From: Octopus sinensis
Lineage: Eukaryota
Length of the DNA: 64,000 nucleotides
NCBI RefSeq assembly: GCF_006345805.1
Contig: NC_043017.1
Location: 23,808,001 to 23,872,000 of the forward strand
Direction of reading: 5' to 3'
This document shows positions 53,213-64,000 of this stretch, piece by piece. Position 1 is the first letter of the stretch; every line of letters begins with the position of its first letter. A program made the translations under genes and the position numbers. Under the pieces are notes generated by a model, which saw only the letters and a program-made list of their open reading frames with translations, did not search any database and was not told where the DNA came from.

Positions 53213-54939
53213 CAACTCCACATTATAGAATGGAGAGAAAAATCAACAAAAATCTTTAAACAGTTAAATCAAATGATATTAAAGTGAAGACCCTGAAGAA
53301 ACTGTACAAGTATTATAGTAAGGTTGCAATTGCAACGGTTACTAATCAATGCAGTAGAAACACGTGTAGGTCTATTTGAAGTTGATAAAAAGGAATTAAA
53401 GGTAATACTAATGCTACTTTATAATAATCCTTGGACGTTAAACGATGATGATGGTGATGATATATATATATATATATAATATACACACACATAAATGCAT
53501 GTAATATTTAGCATGTACAGGTGAAATTTCATCATCCAATTAGAGTGGGGTTTTTTTTAAGTAGATTACTGAGAAGAGGAATGGCAGTACCCATGACCTT
53601 ATTCAGGGATTATAAGACTGGCCCAAATGATTCACAACAACCTGTATTCATCCACCACCAAATGTATCCAAGGCTCAGGTGATAGGGTTAAACAGATTTT
53701 CCTTGCCTCAATGAGATAAGCTCATAACCAGATTGTCTTTAATGTGAATATACTTTCCTGAAGTTTTGATTTCAGACATATTGCCAGATTTTCAGTTGCT
53801 TTGAGCAGAATGGACTTTACTTTTCAGTTGCTTTGTACAGAACAAACTTTGCTCAATGGCACTCAAGTGCCAAATGGACCAGTGGATTAAGTCTCCCATT
53901 GAGAGAAGGAAGCAGTGCTCTGTTTGATGCAGCACCCGTAGACAAATATTTCATCAGATGTCGTACCATAAACCTCATCTCATTCATTTTGTAAAACATT
54001 ACATTTTGCTTTGTCAATGTTTTCAGACCAAGATCAAACTTAGATTTTGTACAAAGATTTCAATTGCTATTATCTACCAAGCCATTTGTGCATTTCACAT
54101 TTATTTCCTTTTGCTGTGCTTTTGTACAGTGAAAAAGGAATAGGATAATGTCTGTATAGTTGATTTTCCTTGTTGAAGAATGACATGTCTGGTACTTTAT
54201 TGTTATAAATGAGAAGCCACCTGGACTTGCAGCACCTACTGATACTTTAGCCCCTCATCTTCTCCTCACATAAATGCCTCTCATCATGGGTTTTGTAGTC
54301 TTGCTAGATGCATGGCAACCCCACTAATGCCTGCAGCATGAAAAAGAGCACCTCATTACACACTGTAAAGTGGATGGCATTGGGAAGGGTATCCAGCTGA
54401 ACATGGAACATGGACATTAAATGATGATGATGATGTATGAAATCATGAAATGAGTTAGTATTTGCAGAAGCACTGATGTCGGCTTCCTCAGTGTACCGCA
54501 GATCTTCTGTTGAAAAGCCATGCATCTATAAAAAAAATGCAAACATAAAAACAAATAAATGTAAAATATAAATAAAAGTGACAATGATGATGTGGAATCT
54601 TTATGTTTACTGCTGACAATGAATGAAAGTGACACAGGATTTTATTTTGAATCAATACTATGTTATAATTTTGTTTTTCTTCAGTATGCATGTTTACTTA
54701 CCAATTCCAAAAATGATCTCCACTGCAACATCAGCATAAATTGTCGTCCTGACAAATTCTCCAACAATAAATGCAGCATTGAAAGGCACCATAATAGCAA
54801 TGTAAAAGGTACATAGCATAATTAACCAATCCCAGAGGACTTTCACAAAGCCATAATGAAGAATTATTCCCCTGCCTTTCTTTTGGACTTCCACTTTGTA
54901 CTCTGGCACAGTCTGTTGACCAGATACAGCCTCTTGCAG
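23593..54939 (-). CDS. Elk: Elk/Kv12-type EAG-family (KCNH) voltage-gated potassium channel, 5'-partial multi-exon gene (10 coding exons visible; PAS-domain exons outside window)
   Basis: Exons 54702-54939, 52729-52886, 50163-50367, 49357-49548, 48439-48638, 45765-46014, 44610-44842, 42644-42735, 25975-26105 and 23593-24317 join with GT-AG sites and matching phases into 2424 nt without an internal stop. Motifs [58 protein letters not shown] and [14 protein letters not shown] match the Elk (KCNH3/4/8) subfamily. Confidence 0.93.
24816..25212 (+). mobile_element. Non-autonomous Helitron
   Basis: Inserted between A and T, starts TC, ends CTAG, subterminal GC hairpin CCCGAGCAACGCCGGG (25185-25200), internal duplication of about 100 bp, no TSD. 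Confidence 0.85.
25975..26105 (-). CDS. Elk: KCNH/Elk exon: C-terminal basic segment ([43 protein letters not shown])
   Basis: Acceptor ttttattctgcag, donor C|gtaagt; 131 nt, phase 2 to 1, bridging the 42644 and 24317 junctions in frame. Confidence 0.75.
26320..26757. mobile_element. Degenerate MITE with long TIRs
   Basis: TGTTATTTCCTATTT...CTTCAAACTTTG vs CAAAGTTTGAAG...AAATAAGAAATAACA; outer AACATTG/CAATGTT. Confidence 0.65.
29940..30170 (-). mobile_element. Decayed CR1/L2/Jockey-type LINE fragment
   Basis: WQEHISKT...[16 protein letters not shown]...KIKAVFII. Confidence 0.6.
30748..31040 (+). mobile_element. tRNA-derived SINE (third family) with A-rich tail
   Basis: TGGCCTAGTGG A box, GGTTCAAAT B box, poly-A end. 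The flanks repeat AAATTCTTCTGT (about 30737 and 31039), consistent with a TSD. Confidence 0.75.
34880..35640 (-). mobile_element. CR1/L2-type LINE, 5'-truncated ORF2 C-terminus with 3' tail
   Basis: [55 protein letters not shown]; (ATT)n tail. A short copy of the tail is at about 29415-29465. Confidence 0.92.
36375..36970 (-). mobile_element. RTE-type LINE 3'UTR fragment with internal direct duplication of about 50 bp
   Basis: Reverse-complement similarity to 41750-42340. Repeat tagccgctctggcaatg...gcaccctac at about 36621 and 36670. Confidence 0.8.
36975..37325 (-). mobile_element. Decayed R4-type LINE N-terminal region
   Basis: [15 protein letters not shown]...RKFQQNNKF resembles the pre-RT region of R4-clade ORFs. 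Confidence 0.45.
37373..37690. mobile_element. Penelope-like insertion with about 120-bp inverted arms and 12-bp TSD
   Basis: 37373-37486 is the inverted copy of about 37510-37626. AATGTATTCTTT at 37361-37372 and 37691-37702 flanks it. Contains the hammerhead-like motif. Confidence 0.75.
37449..37499 (-). ncRNA. Minimal type I hammerhead-like fold with variant core (G3-C8)
   Basis: TTTGTCA-GTGAACA-G-GTCGC(catcttaaa)GCGAC-GAAA-ATAT-TT-TGACAAA: all three stems present, core GUGAACA in place of CUGANGA. Confidence 0.6.
38290..38820 (+). mobile_element. Decayed CR1/L2/Jockey-type LINE ORF2 3' fragment
   Basis: [32 protein letters not shown] with stops. Related fragment on the minus strand at 29940-30170 ([17 protein letters not shown]). 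Confidence 0.75.
38975..40045. repeat. Degenerate foldback palindrome of about 1 kb
   Basis: 39050-39225 is the inverted copy of 39855-40025 (e.g. TTTCACTGCAACTGTTT/AAACAGTTGCAGTGAAA); 39340-39390 pairs with 39705-39760. Confidence 0.75.
40912..42360 (+). mobile_element. RTE/BovB-type LINE 3' portion with 3'UTR and (GAT)n tail
   Basis: [55 protein letters not shown]. Internal duplication of about 94 bp near 41845-42030; (GAT)n at 42336-42360. Confidence 0.9.
42644..42735 (-). CDS. Elk: KCNH/Elk exon: post-CNBHD linker ([31 protein letters not shown])
   Basis: Not in the ORF track. Acceptor tttcacag, donor GG|gtaagc; 92 nt, open in phase 0 and ends in phase 2, matching both neighbours. Confidence 0.75.
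44610..44842 (-). CDS. Elk: KCNH/Elk exon: CNBHD with intrinsic-ligand motif (GKGDLFG...ELTFNLKD...ENNF)
   Basis: Acceptor aatttag, donor gtaagt; 233 nt, phase 1 to 0. Confidence 0.95.
45765..46014 (-). CDS. Elk: KCNH/Elk exon: C-linker and CNBHD ([17 protein letters not shown]...VVALL)
   Basis: Acceptor tttcag, donor G|gtatgt; 250 nt, phase 0 to 1. Confidence 0.95.
48439..48638 (-). CDS. Elk: KCNH/Elk exon: S6 and C-linker ([17 protein letters not shown]...GINLNE)
   Basis: Acceptor tctttgcag, donor GAG|gtaaaa; 200 nt, phase 1 to 0. Confidence 0.95.
49357..49548 (-). CDS. Elk: KCNH/Elk exon: turret, pore helix, GFG selectivity filter, start of S6
   Basis: GWLNELAD...[38 protein letters not shown]; acceptor tctctag, donor gtaggt; 192 nt. 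Confidence 0.96.
50163..50367 (-). CDS. Elk: KCNH/Elk exon: S4-S5 ([18 protein letters not shown]...HWLACVWY...SWRI)
   Basis: Acceptor ttttgccag, donor G|gtaagt; 205 nt, phase 0 to 1; Arg/Lys at every third position of S4. Confidence 0.95.
51990..52195 (+). mobile_element. RTE RT fragment with five tandem 18-bp copies of the EKAFDR motif
   Basis: [59 protein letters not shown]. Confidence 0.85.
52729..52886 (-). CDS. Elk: KCNH/Elk exon: S2-S3 ([11 protein letters not shown]...[18 protein letters not shown])
   Basis: Acceptor ttttttcag, donor gtgagc; 158 nt, phase 1 to 0. Confidence 0.95.
53288..53373 (+). ncRNA. Minimal type I hammerhead ribozyme (Penelope-like-element type)
   Basis: Stem I AGACC/GGTCT, core CTGAAGA, long stem II (ACTGTA/TGCAGT, TAGTAA/TTACTA, GTTGCAATTGCAAC), GAAA, palindromic stem III CACGTG, GUA cleavage triplet. 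A-A mismatch at the base of stem II. Confidence 0.75.
54702..54939 (-). CDS. Elk: KCNH/Elk exon: pre-S1, S1, S2 ([16 protein letters not shown]...VEIIFGI)
   Basis: Acceptor ttttag, donor G|gtaagt; 238 nt, phase 0 to 1; ORF track 54694-54909. Confidence 0.93.
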
Positions 54940-57900
54940 CTAAAATGAGAAAAAACGAAACAACTTGATTGAGATAATGCATATATTAAAATCACGCCCA
55001 TGTTGGTGGCACATAAAAAGGCACCATGCGATCATGGCCGTTTGCCAGCCTCATCTGGCACGTAAAAAGCACCCACTACACTCACGAAGTGGTTGGCGTT
55101 AGGAAGGGCATCCAGCCGTAGAAACATTGCCAGATCAGACTGGGCCTGGTGCAGCCTTCTGGCTTCCCAGACCCCAGTTGAACCGTCCAACCCATGCTAG
55201 CATGGAAAGTGGACGCTAAATGATGATGATGATGATAATGATGATAACAAAAAGATTTCAAATAAAGAAAAATGTGAAAGTATTTAGACATTTTCAAATT
55301 TGCTGCAAATTATACATATTTTCATTCATAATGAGAAAAAAATAATCCAGTTTAATGTAAATTCAAGCTTAAAACAAGTTAATTCTTTCTTGAACCTCAA
55401 AACGTCATTGCATCAGAATTCTGTTTTAGATTCTCTTGATGAAAAACAAATATTTCCTCTTAGATGGCAGATCACTTTATTATAGGCTTTTGACATCAAT
55501 TCCAAACAGCTAGGAATGCAAGATCATGTAATACAAAGTGTCTTGCTACACACACACACACACACACAAAAAGAAGCTAGCCTAGACTGTCAACTTGAAC
55601 CCTTGAAATATGTCAGTGACCCAACACCAAATCTATTCACACCAATTCACAAGTAAATGTAAATTCAACCATAACCAAAAAGTTAAAATAGATGGTATTT
55701 AAATACAAGATGGTAGATAAATATAAGAGTAAAATGAAACAAATCATCAATGTTAATAACATGAGTGTGGTCAATGGAGTGAGGTTGTCATCCCTCAGAT
55801 ATTTTATCCAGTCAATTGATCACAGGTTATGTCTCTTCAGTCAGCTACTCACAGGCTATGTCCACCAAGTCAACATATGTCATTGTCATTCTAATAAATT
55901 TTTTCCATTGATTTTCTCTGAAGAAATTATTTGGTCATAAGATTCCATTCACATGAAGAAAATGTCAATGTTTATTTTATCACTATTGTAGTAATGCGTT
56001 TAAAAATATTTATATAAATGTAATCTATTTTGATGTATAGTGATAAAATTTTATCTAAAACTTAAATCTCTGTAAACATTGGCAAAGAAGATTGTTTATA
56101 GAGAGAAAGAATAATTAATTGAATCATCCCCAGTATATCACCAATACCAAGTTTGATGACAATGAGAAAAGGAAGACAAAGTTAACCTCTCAACAATTAG
56201 TTCTTAAAATGAGAAGCATGAAATTATACAGTGTTTAAAGTATTTAGTTTTGATCATCTTCAGCACTCTTATATAATAAATTATTCTTTTAAAATAGATT
56301 ACTTTTTATTTTTTTTACTTGTGTCAGTCATGCTGGAGCACTGCCTTAATGGGTTTTAAATGAACAAATCAACCCCAAGACTTATTAATTTTTTTAAAGC
56401 CTAGCACTTATTCTATCAGACCCTTTTGTCAAACTGCTAAGTTATGGGGACACAAATACACCAACACCAACAGTCAAGCAGGGGGGGGGGTCAAACACAG
56501 ACACAAAGACACATGCATAGATATATACCTATACAACAGACTTCTTTCAGTTTCTATCTAATAAATCCACTCACAAGGCTTTGGTCAGCCTGAGGCTATA
56601 GTAGAAGACACTTGCCTAAGGTGTCATGCAGTGGGACTGAACCTTGAACCATGTGGTTGGGAGTTTTCTCATGTAGCCTTAAAGTATTAGAAAGTTTGAG
56701 TAGTAGCAAATAATAAAGAACTGTATTGCATCAATGGTATGGAATTCAATGACTTAGTGTTCACATTTCAAATACCACATTTTTGGTCATATTTGCAAGT
56801 TTTAATTCCATTCACAATAAACCAAACATTCTACTAAATATTGAATGAAAATAAAAATGTAAAAAGGAATTTATGATAACATTACACGTTCAGTTATGTC
56901 TCTTCCTTGTACCCCAACAGTCTATACAACCTTTGAAATTATAAACAGCCTTGTTGTAGAATTCAGTGTTAATAGATACATTATTTTTAAAGCTTCAGAC
57001 CTCAGTGCATTTTTTACATAACCAATATTTAGTGAATATCATACGATCTGCTTTTCAATAAAACAGCTCTGGTAGCAAATGATATATGTTTCTTTTTAAT
57101 TGATTAAAAGGTAATATCTGGAACTTTCTTTACCATAGCAGTTTTATCAATTTAAAACTCATCAATTACTGATTCAAATGAACAAGATAACCAGACTAGA
57201 TAAAACTGACATCCAACAAACTCATTAATGATGTTAAAGATGTTAAAGTTATGGATGAAACAAGTCAAGTATTTCCTAACAACTATAAATCCTAACCAAG
57301 ACTTTTGTTCTTACATAGTGAGCCATTGGGATAATAGACATTATACATTGCACAACTTTTAATAATGTTTTAAATGGCTTGGAGAAGTTTGTGTGAAATT
57401 CGCCCAATGAGATATATGCCAGATATCTGTTTACATAAAAGCACAGACAAATTTATCTACAATTTGATTTATCTCACAAATCATGATTTTTTTAAATAAC
57501 AGTTGAAGGTGAAATAAACTTATATAAAAGATACACATTCAAATACTATCAGATCCATGTTATTAGAAAACAAAGCCTTAATGCTAGATAACAGATTTAC
57601 TGAACAGATCTTTGGGACAGGCTCAAGCTAGTTAGGACCCTCTGATGTTAAGCAGTAAATTTGAACAATCTGTTACAGTATACCCTATAGACTTAAAAAA
57701 AAAACATGCCTTTTCAATGCCGACTGGAAGATCCACTTTCATGCCTTGCATCTAGCTAAAATTGTTATTTGTCAAATGTATAAAAAAGTATTGTACTGGA
57801 CTTTGTCTATAAGACTTGTGACCACATTCCTCTGGTTCTATCATCTAAAATCTATTAATTTCTTGGGAAATCTAATTTCACTGAAGACAAGCCCACAGCT

Positions 57901-58722
57901 GTCTTCCTAATACTGGGAAGTAAAACCAGACTCTTTAAAGGCTGATGATGGAATGCAACAGCTCAAGTAGAAATTAGAAATACCCTTTTTAGAGGATTCA
58001 AACCAACTAGCATTTATCACATATGAATCATTTCAACAATATCAATGACTCAATAACAAACATATCCAACTTAACATATACAATTTAACACATCTCACTA
58101 AATTTTTAAACTGCTGAAGTAGTGACAATATGTAATATATAATAAAAAAGGTAAACCAGATAAGACCCGATGATAAAAACTTCTAAGGGCTATGTAAGTG
58201 ACTGTACCTCTTCTTATTGGGCTAAGAATTGGTTATATGCTAATAACACAAAGACTGTTAAACACATGGTAATTTATCTGTGACCACCATAGTATTACAA
58301 ATAATAAAAGTTATTTTTCTATATCTGAAGGTATTATTATTTATTACAACATAATATTATAGACAATGATAAGTGATCATACTAATCATCAACATCATGA
58401 AGACAATGTTAATAAGAATGTCAATAATATTAATAATAAAGATGATGGTAGTGGGAATAGGTGTTAGGGTGACTTAGTCCATCACGGTATTTGATAGCAG
58501 TATTAAGACAGAAATTAGAACAAAATCAAAACTATTAATATACACTAAGTGCATATTGATTATGAATTTATTTAAAAGTACTGATTTAGTACAATTAATA
58601 ATACTTAGCTTTTGTTAATTATGATTTGATTAAAAAGTAATGTGATTATGGCATTTATTAAATATTGGGGTTATCAGAGAGTGCACTCTATGAGGATGGG
58701 CTGAAAAGTTCATAGGCTGACT

Positions 58723-58892
58723 CACTGGCGTAGCTAGAGTGTGTGCCATGTGGAGCAGCCCTTCATTTTGCAGCCTCCAGGCCCTTACAGAAAATACATA
58801 TTGCCTACAGCAGGCCCAAGAGTGGTGTCACTCCCATAAAAGTGCTATATGGGGTGGACCACCCCCTCTGTCCCCTTCTAGCTACACTAGTG
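58723..58892. mobile_element. GC-rich MITE with 8-bp TSD inserted in a mariner-like end
   Basis: TIR CACTGGCGTAGCTAG / CTAGCTACACTAGTG; TSD GGCTGACT/GGCCGACT. Host begins TATGAGGATGGGCTGAAAAGTTC. Confidence 0.75.
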
Positions 58893-59794
58893 GGCCGACT
58901 GTAAAAGAGTGACACTAAAGCTGTGAAATCTCACATACATTAATTTTCTAATTGATTAAATGGAGGAGAAAGGATAGCGTTCATGACTCTTTTAGAACCT
59001 TCAAGATTGGTAGGAGGAAGGGAGAAATTACAGTGAGACCAGAGATCTGTCTTGAATGGTTTCAACAGAACCGACTCTGCTGAAGGCATCTGAGGGCCAG
59101 TGGTTATGTTAAACCAGGTGAAAGATTAAGCCTACCATCTAAATGTCAATAATAAAATCAAAAAGATCAGAGCAAAATAGAAAAATAAGCACAAAATCAC
59201 TTTAAGAAACAACTATACTCGCCCAATTCAATACTAAATTCTAAACAGAAACTAATATCAAAATTTTATTTTAGTATAGAAAAAACAGGAGCATAGAGAA
59301 AATTGTATTATTTGAAAATATTGGGTCAAATATGCTTTTTTATTAAGTAATATTTCATCCAAGAGATTATAGCTGCTGTTAAATCACTATCTTCTCAATA
59401 TGTATGAAGCTAGTATGCTTATACATCTGGAACATACATTTTTCAAAATCATCATCATCATCGTTTAGCGTCCGCTTTCCATGCTGGCATGGGTTGGACG
59501 GTTCAACTGGGGTCTGGGAAGCCAGAAGGCTGCACCAGGCCCAAACATGCCTACACATAAATATGCAATAACTGGGATGAGAATATACAATATGAAAAAC
59601 TAAATAATAAAACAGTATAAAAAAGGAGAAAAAAAATATAAGCCTTCAAGATTTTACATAGTTTGATAAGTAACAATAACAACAACAATAATATACTGAA
59701 GAAAAAATGGAGAGCAAAATTACTTTGTGGCCCAAAACCACACAAGTTTTGACAATGAGGAAGTAAGCCAGAGTGGAAATAAACAGTTGCACAA

Positions 59795-60330
59795 AAGTTC
59801 CCATTTAAAAGCAGAAACAGAAGTTCTGATTTTAGCTGCATAAGACCTAGCCATGAATAACTGCAAAAATAAAGTAATGCAAAAACATACTAATATCAAT
59901 TGCAGACTATGCAACCAGTACAATGACCGTATCATCTGTAGCTGCTCAGTCCTTGCCAAACTTGAGTATATTCATAGATGGAATGAAATCAGCAGCTATG
60001 CCTGGTGGGCAATCACTTTGATGTGGAAATGGATAAGGGGTGGTATAAACATGCACCCAGCACAGTACATGGGGCCTCAGCTATAATCATCTAGAACTGC
60101 TCATCTTGCACTGACAAAAAGATAGAAGGAAAATGTCTGGAAATATTAAGGAGTGGAATGAAAATGTCTGTACTCTGATAGACACCTTGATCCTTCTCAC
60201 AAAAACATTTACCAGAAAGAGATGGAGAAAATATCAAAGTAAAAGGATCTTTGAATGGAACTGATTGTGAGGATGTGAAGCTGAAATCAGTACCAATAAT
60301 AGAGTGCTGAATGAAAAACATGAACAAAAA
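59795..60330 (+). mobile_element. R4/Dong-type non-LTR retrotransposon C-terminal fragment, decayed
   Basis: SHLKAETEVLILAA, NCRLCNQYNDRIICSCSVLAKLEYIHR; same family as 6560-7225. Confidence 0.75.
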
Positions 60331-60777
60331 TATTTAGATCATACTGAGGCTCGCAATAGGCACAGTTCACATCCTACCACAAAACACTTATCATTCAATA
60401 GCTCAACTAAAACAGTACTCTCCCTTTCTCTCTCTCTCTCTCTCTCTCACACCCCCACCCCCAACACACACACATACAATAATCATCTGATAAAATAACA
60501 TTGAAAACAAACAAGAGTTGGTGACAGGAAGAGCATCTGGCCATAGAAAATTTATTTCAATAAACTCCATCTAAACCATGTGAGTATGGAAAAGTGGATG
60601 CTAAAACAATGATGATGCAGCACATACTCTATGAAGTCACCACAAAACATATTCTCCACAATTAACATTCAATGAAATACTTCAAAGCATATGCTCACTT
60701 TATGTAGCACTAACAACTCACATTCTTTACAGTTGCGTCCCATTAACATAACACAACCCAAACAACATACTCTACAC

Positions 60778-60978
60778 CAGTGGTTTTCAACCAGGGTTCC
60801 GCCAGTACAGTCCAGGGGTTCCGCAAGAAGTTACAAAACTGCTAAAATCAGCAGTAATTTTTAATTCTCCTGTGCAGATATGTGTGCATAAGACTATTAA
60901 ATTATTGCACAGGAGTTCCTCGAGCCAGTGGAATGTTTCCTTGGGGTTCAGCTCCAGCAAAAAGTTTGAAAAGCACTG
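60778..60978. mobile_element. hAT (Charlie-like) MITE
   Basis: TIR CAGTGGTTTTCAA / TTGAAAAGCACTG; perfect 8-bp TSD CTCTACAC. Confidence 0.88.
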
Positions 60979-62015
60979 CTCTACACAATCCTTGCCCAAC
61001 ATTAAAACACTAAACACCAAGCCTACAACATATATGAAACTAAGGTCCAACATACCATAATAATAACTTGCATTGTGCATACTCTACACATCTGATCAAG
61101 CACAAAAACAACACAAGACACAACAAACCAAAGTCTACACCAATGGAATATATTGTAATAATAGTATAAACTTACACTATAATTGTAATCTGTAACCATT
61201 TCCCATAAAAGACAGGGAAAAGAAAGAATGCAATCCATGTCTGCTTCTTTCTTTTTCAGGAAAAATGTATATCTAGAAAAACTGTTGACTGTAAGTTTTA
61301 AATGTATGTTTTGTGTGTATAGACACATATTATACAGAATAAACTGTACATAGATTATAATTTGAAATAATGAACATTAGATTTTAGTACTGCTGTGAAC
61401 AAGGACGTATTTCTATTCTCTCCGTGAATAGAAAGAGTGAGATTTTTTTGCCTAGTTTCTAGTTTTCTTAGCCATTCATCAGACAAAGAATACCCTTTTC
61501 CAAACCATGGAAAGATTTCTAGTTTATATAGCTAGTTCTAGTGTATACAACCTGGGACTCAGCTTAACTGGTTGGCTTGATTTAGTAAACAGGATTAATG
61601 AATTCTCTCATGGAGAAAAGCTAAAACTGTTATGTTTATTAAAAGGATATATCTTAAACTAGCATATCAAATTATCCAAAAATATTGTGTAGTGGAATAT
61701 GAATTAATTAATAGATTATAATGTATGTATTTGTGTGTGTGTACATGCACATATAATCTCTTTATCATCTTTTTGTAACAAACCTTTTATCTACCAAATG
61801 AAGATCTCACACACACATACATAGACATACATTTTCATACACATGCAAGCATGAATGCATGGGGACACACATACACATACATATATGAGTGTGTGTACAT
61901 ATGTAAGAGAAAGAGAGAGAGAGAGCCAACAGGAAAAAGAAAATGCATCTGCACACACACAAACACATGCATACTACATATACATACATACACATGCATA
62001 CATACACATATTATC

Positions 62016-62089
<74 letters not shown>

Positions 62090-62256
62090 TATGTATACAT
62101 AAGCCTATATATGCATGTATATATCTTTACACACAGACACATACACATACATATACAAATATATACATACACTCACAAATTTGCACGTACTCATCCAAAC
62201 GAATATTGAAATTATTACATTAAGTAATAAATAATCCAGCCAAGAGATTATACCCG

Positions 62257-62289
<33 letters not shown>

Positions 62290-63137
62290 TTCCCTCTCTC
62301 TCACTGTCTTTCTCACATGTTAGATTAGCCAGAGCACCAAAATTGATAAGTAAAGGACATATTACTGATTTTGCCAATACTTAACATACATGTAAGTCAG
62401 TTAAATTAAACAGTAAGCCACTCTGTTGATTTATCAGACTTTTATCATTTGGTTTAGATTAATCCTAATATGTTTCAATAGCTAAGTAAGGTTAACATAT
62501 TTAATACAATTAGCGTGAAGAAGCTAATTAGAAATAAGTATGTGATTGATAAGAAAATATGAGTTTAATGACCAACACAAGCGGAACTATTGTTTTTTCT
62601 TTTTTCTTTTTCATGTAAATGGTATCTCTGAGTAATTTTCATCAATCGTTTGTTTTTAATATTTTACAGTTTCATGGTGGTGAGCTGACAGAGATATTAG
62701 CATGCAGGGCAAATTGCTTTGTGGCATTTTGTCTGCCCTTATATTCTGGGTTCAAATTCCATCAATGTCAACTTTGCTTTTCATCCTTTCAGAGCCAATA
62801 AAATAAGTACCAGTTAAGTATTGGGGTCAATGTAATCGATTTACCCTCTTCCCCAAAGTTGCAGACCTTGTGCCAAAATTTGAAATCAATATTTTATAGT
62901 GTCTTCTGGTTTTATTTGTCCCTTCTAGACAACAGTCACACAGTTAGTTCTCAGATCAGTTGCACCAATCAGCAATGTTTGACTAAATCTGTGATACAAA
63001 AATAGTTAATCACATACAGCATTGGATTAGTGTTTAGTGTTTCCATTAATGACTACATAGTATTTATAGTAGACAGGTTACTGTAAAAGTTAGGAACTAA
63101 AACATGTTATGTATATTTTACAGTTGCTCATTTACTC

Positions 63138-63517
63138 ATTTACTTGTTTCAGTCATTTGACTGCGGCCATACTGGAGCACCGCCTTTAGTCAAGGAAATC
63201 GACCCCGGGACTTATTCTTTGTAAGCCCAGTACTTATTCTATTGGCCTCTTTTGCCGAACCGCTAAGTGACGGGGACGTAAACACACCAGCATCGGTTGT
63301 CAAGCAATGCTAGGGGGACACACACAAACACACACATATATATATACATATATACGACAGGCTTCTTCCAGTTTCCGTCTACCAAATCCACTCACAAGGC
63401 ATTGGTCGGCCCGGGGCTATAGCAGAAGACACCTGCCGAAGGTGCCACGCAGTGGGACTGAACCCGGAACCATGTGGTTGGTTAGCAAGCTACTTACCAC
63501 ACAGCCACTCCTGCGCC
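63138..63517 (-). mobile_element. tRNA-derived SINE (second family) with internal (CA)/(TA) microsatellite
   Basis: Head GGAGTGGCTGTGTGGTAAG...GGTTCAGTCCC (A/B boxes); tail ...GACTGAAACAAGTAA. Other copies at about 42860-43160, 43915-44285, 47478-47845, 56315-56665 and 12415-12525 (+). Confidence 0.88.
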
Positions 63518-64000
63518 TTTGTTTAAGAAGTTCAATAAAGTTTATTTAAATGTTGTACTCATCAGATCAAATGATGATATGAAGATTCCAAAGTTAATAT
63601 TTTATCACCCTGAGTGTGTATATATGTATATATGTACACAAATACATAAAAAAAAATACCATTTGTAATAAGACCAGCTCCAACAAAATGCAAAGGAGAA
63701 AATTATTAAACATTGCAATGTCCATACAAAGATGAAAACTATATGTGAAAAATTCAAAAGACAGACCAAAGTAGAATCTTGCAGTTAGAACCCATATAGA
63801 AATAAGTGCTATGTACTTTAAGTTACCTTAACACATTATTGTACCTTTTATAAACCAATGCGGCAAGCAGACAGAAAACTTAGCACGCCGGGTGAAATGC
63901 TTAGTGGTATTTCGTCTGCCGCTACGTTCTGTGTTCAAATTCTGTCGAGGTTGACTTTGCCTTTCATCCTTTCGGGGTCGATAAATTAAGTACCAGTTAC

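Noticed and set aside
23593-54939. U12-type intron in the channel gene explaining the nearby U6atac
   Set aside because: All nine donors are U2-type; none shows RTATCCTT.
55853-55917. Candidate upstream channel exon (cag...gtgagt, minus strand)
   Set aside because: The frame needed to join the phase-0 acceptor at 54939 contains stops, and there is no Elk linker similarity.

Overview
AT-rich, repeat-dense eukaryotic DNA. The SINE/LINE repertoire and microsatellites look like an octopus (coleoid cephalopod) genome; this is inference, not a database match. The main gene is a minus-strand EAG-family (KCNH) voltage-gated K+ channel of the Elk/Kv12 type. I reconstructed 10 coding exons by hand (54939 down to the stop at 23593; 2424 nt, 807 aa plus stop), all with GT-AG boundaries and consistent phases. 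They cover S1-S6, the TVGFG pore, C-linker, CNBHD and a coiled-coil C-terminus. The PAS/N-terminal exons were not found and probably lie beyond 64000. About 1.35 kb past the stop, on the same strand, is a U6atac (minor spliceosome) snRNA sequence. It has a TATA box at the U6-type position and is fused directly to a retroposon 3' tail. Two Penelope-type minimal hammerhead ribozyme folds sit in channel introns, one with a G3-C8 swap of the catalytic core. The rest is tRNA-derived SINEs, decayed RTE, CR1/L2 and R4-type LINEs, piggyBac- and hAT-type MITEs, a Helitron, foldback palindromes, and mini- and microsatellites. Most ORFs in the supplied track are spurious.
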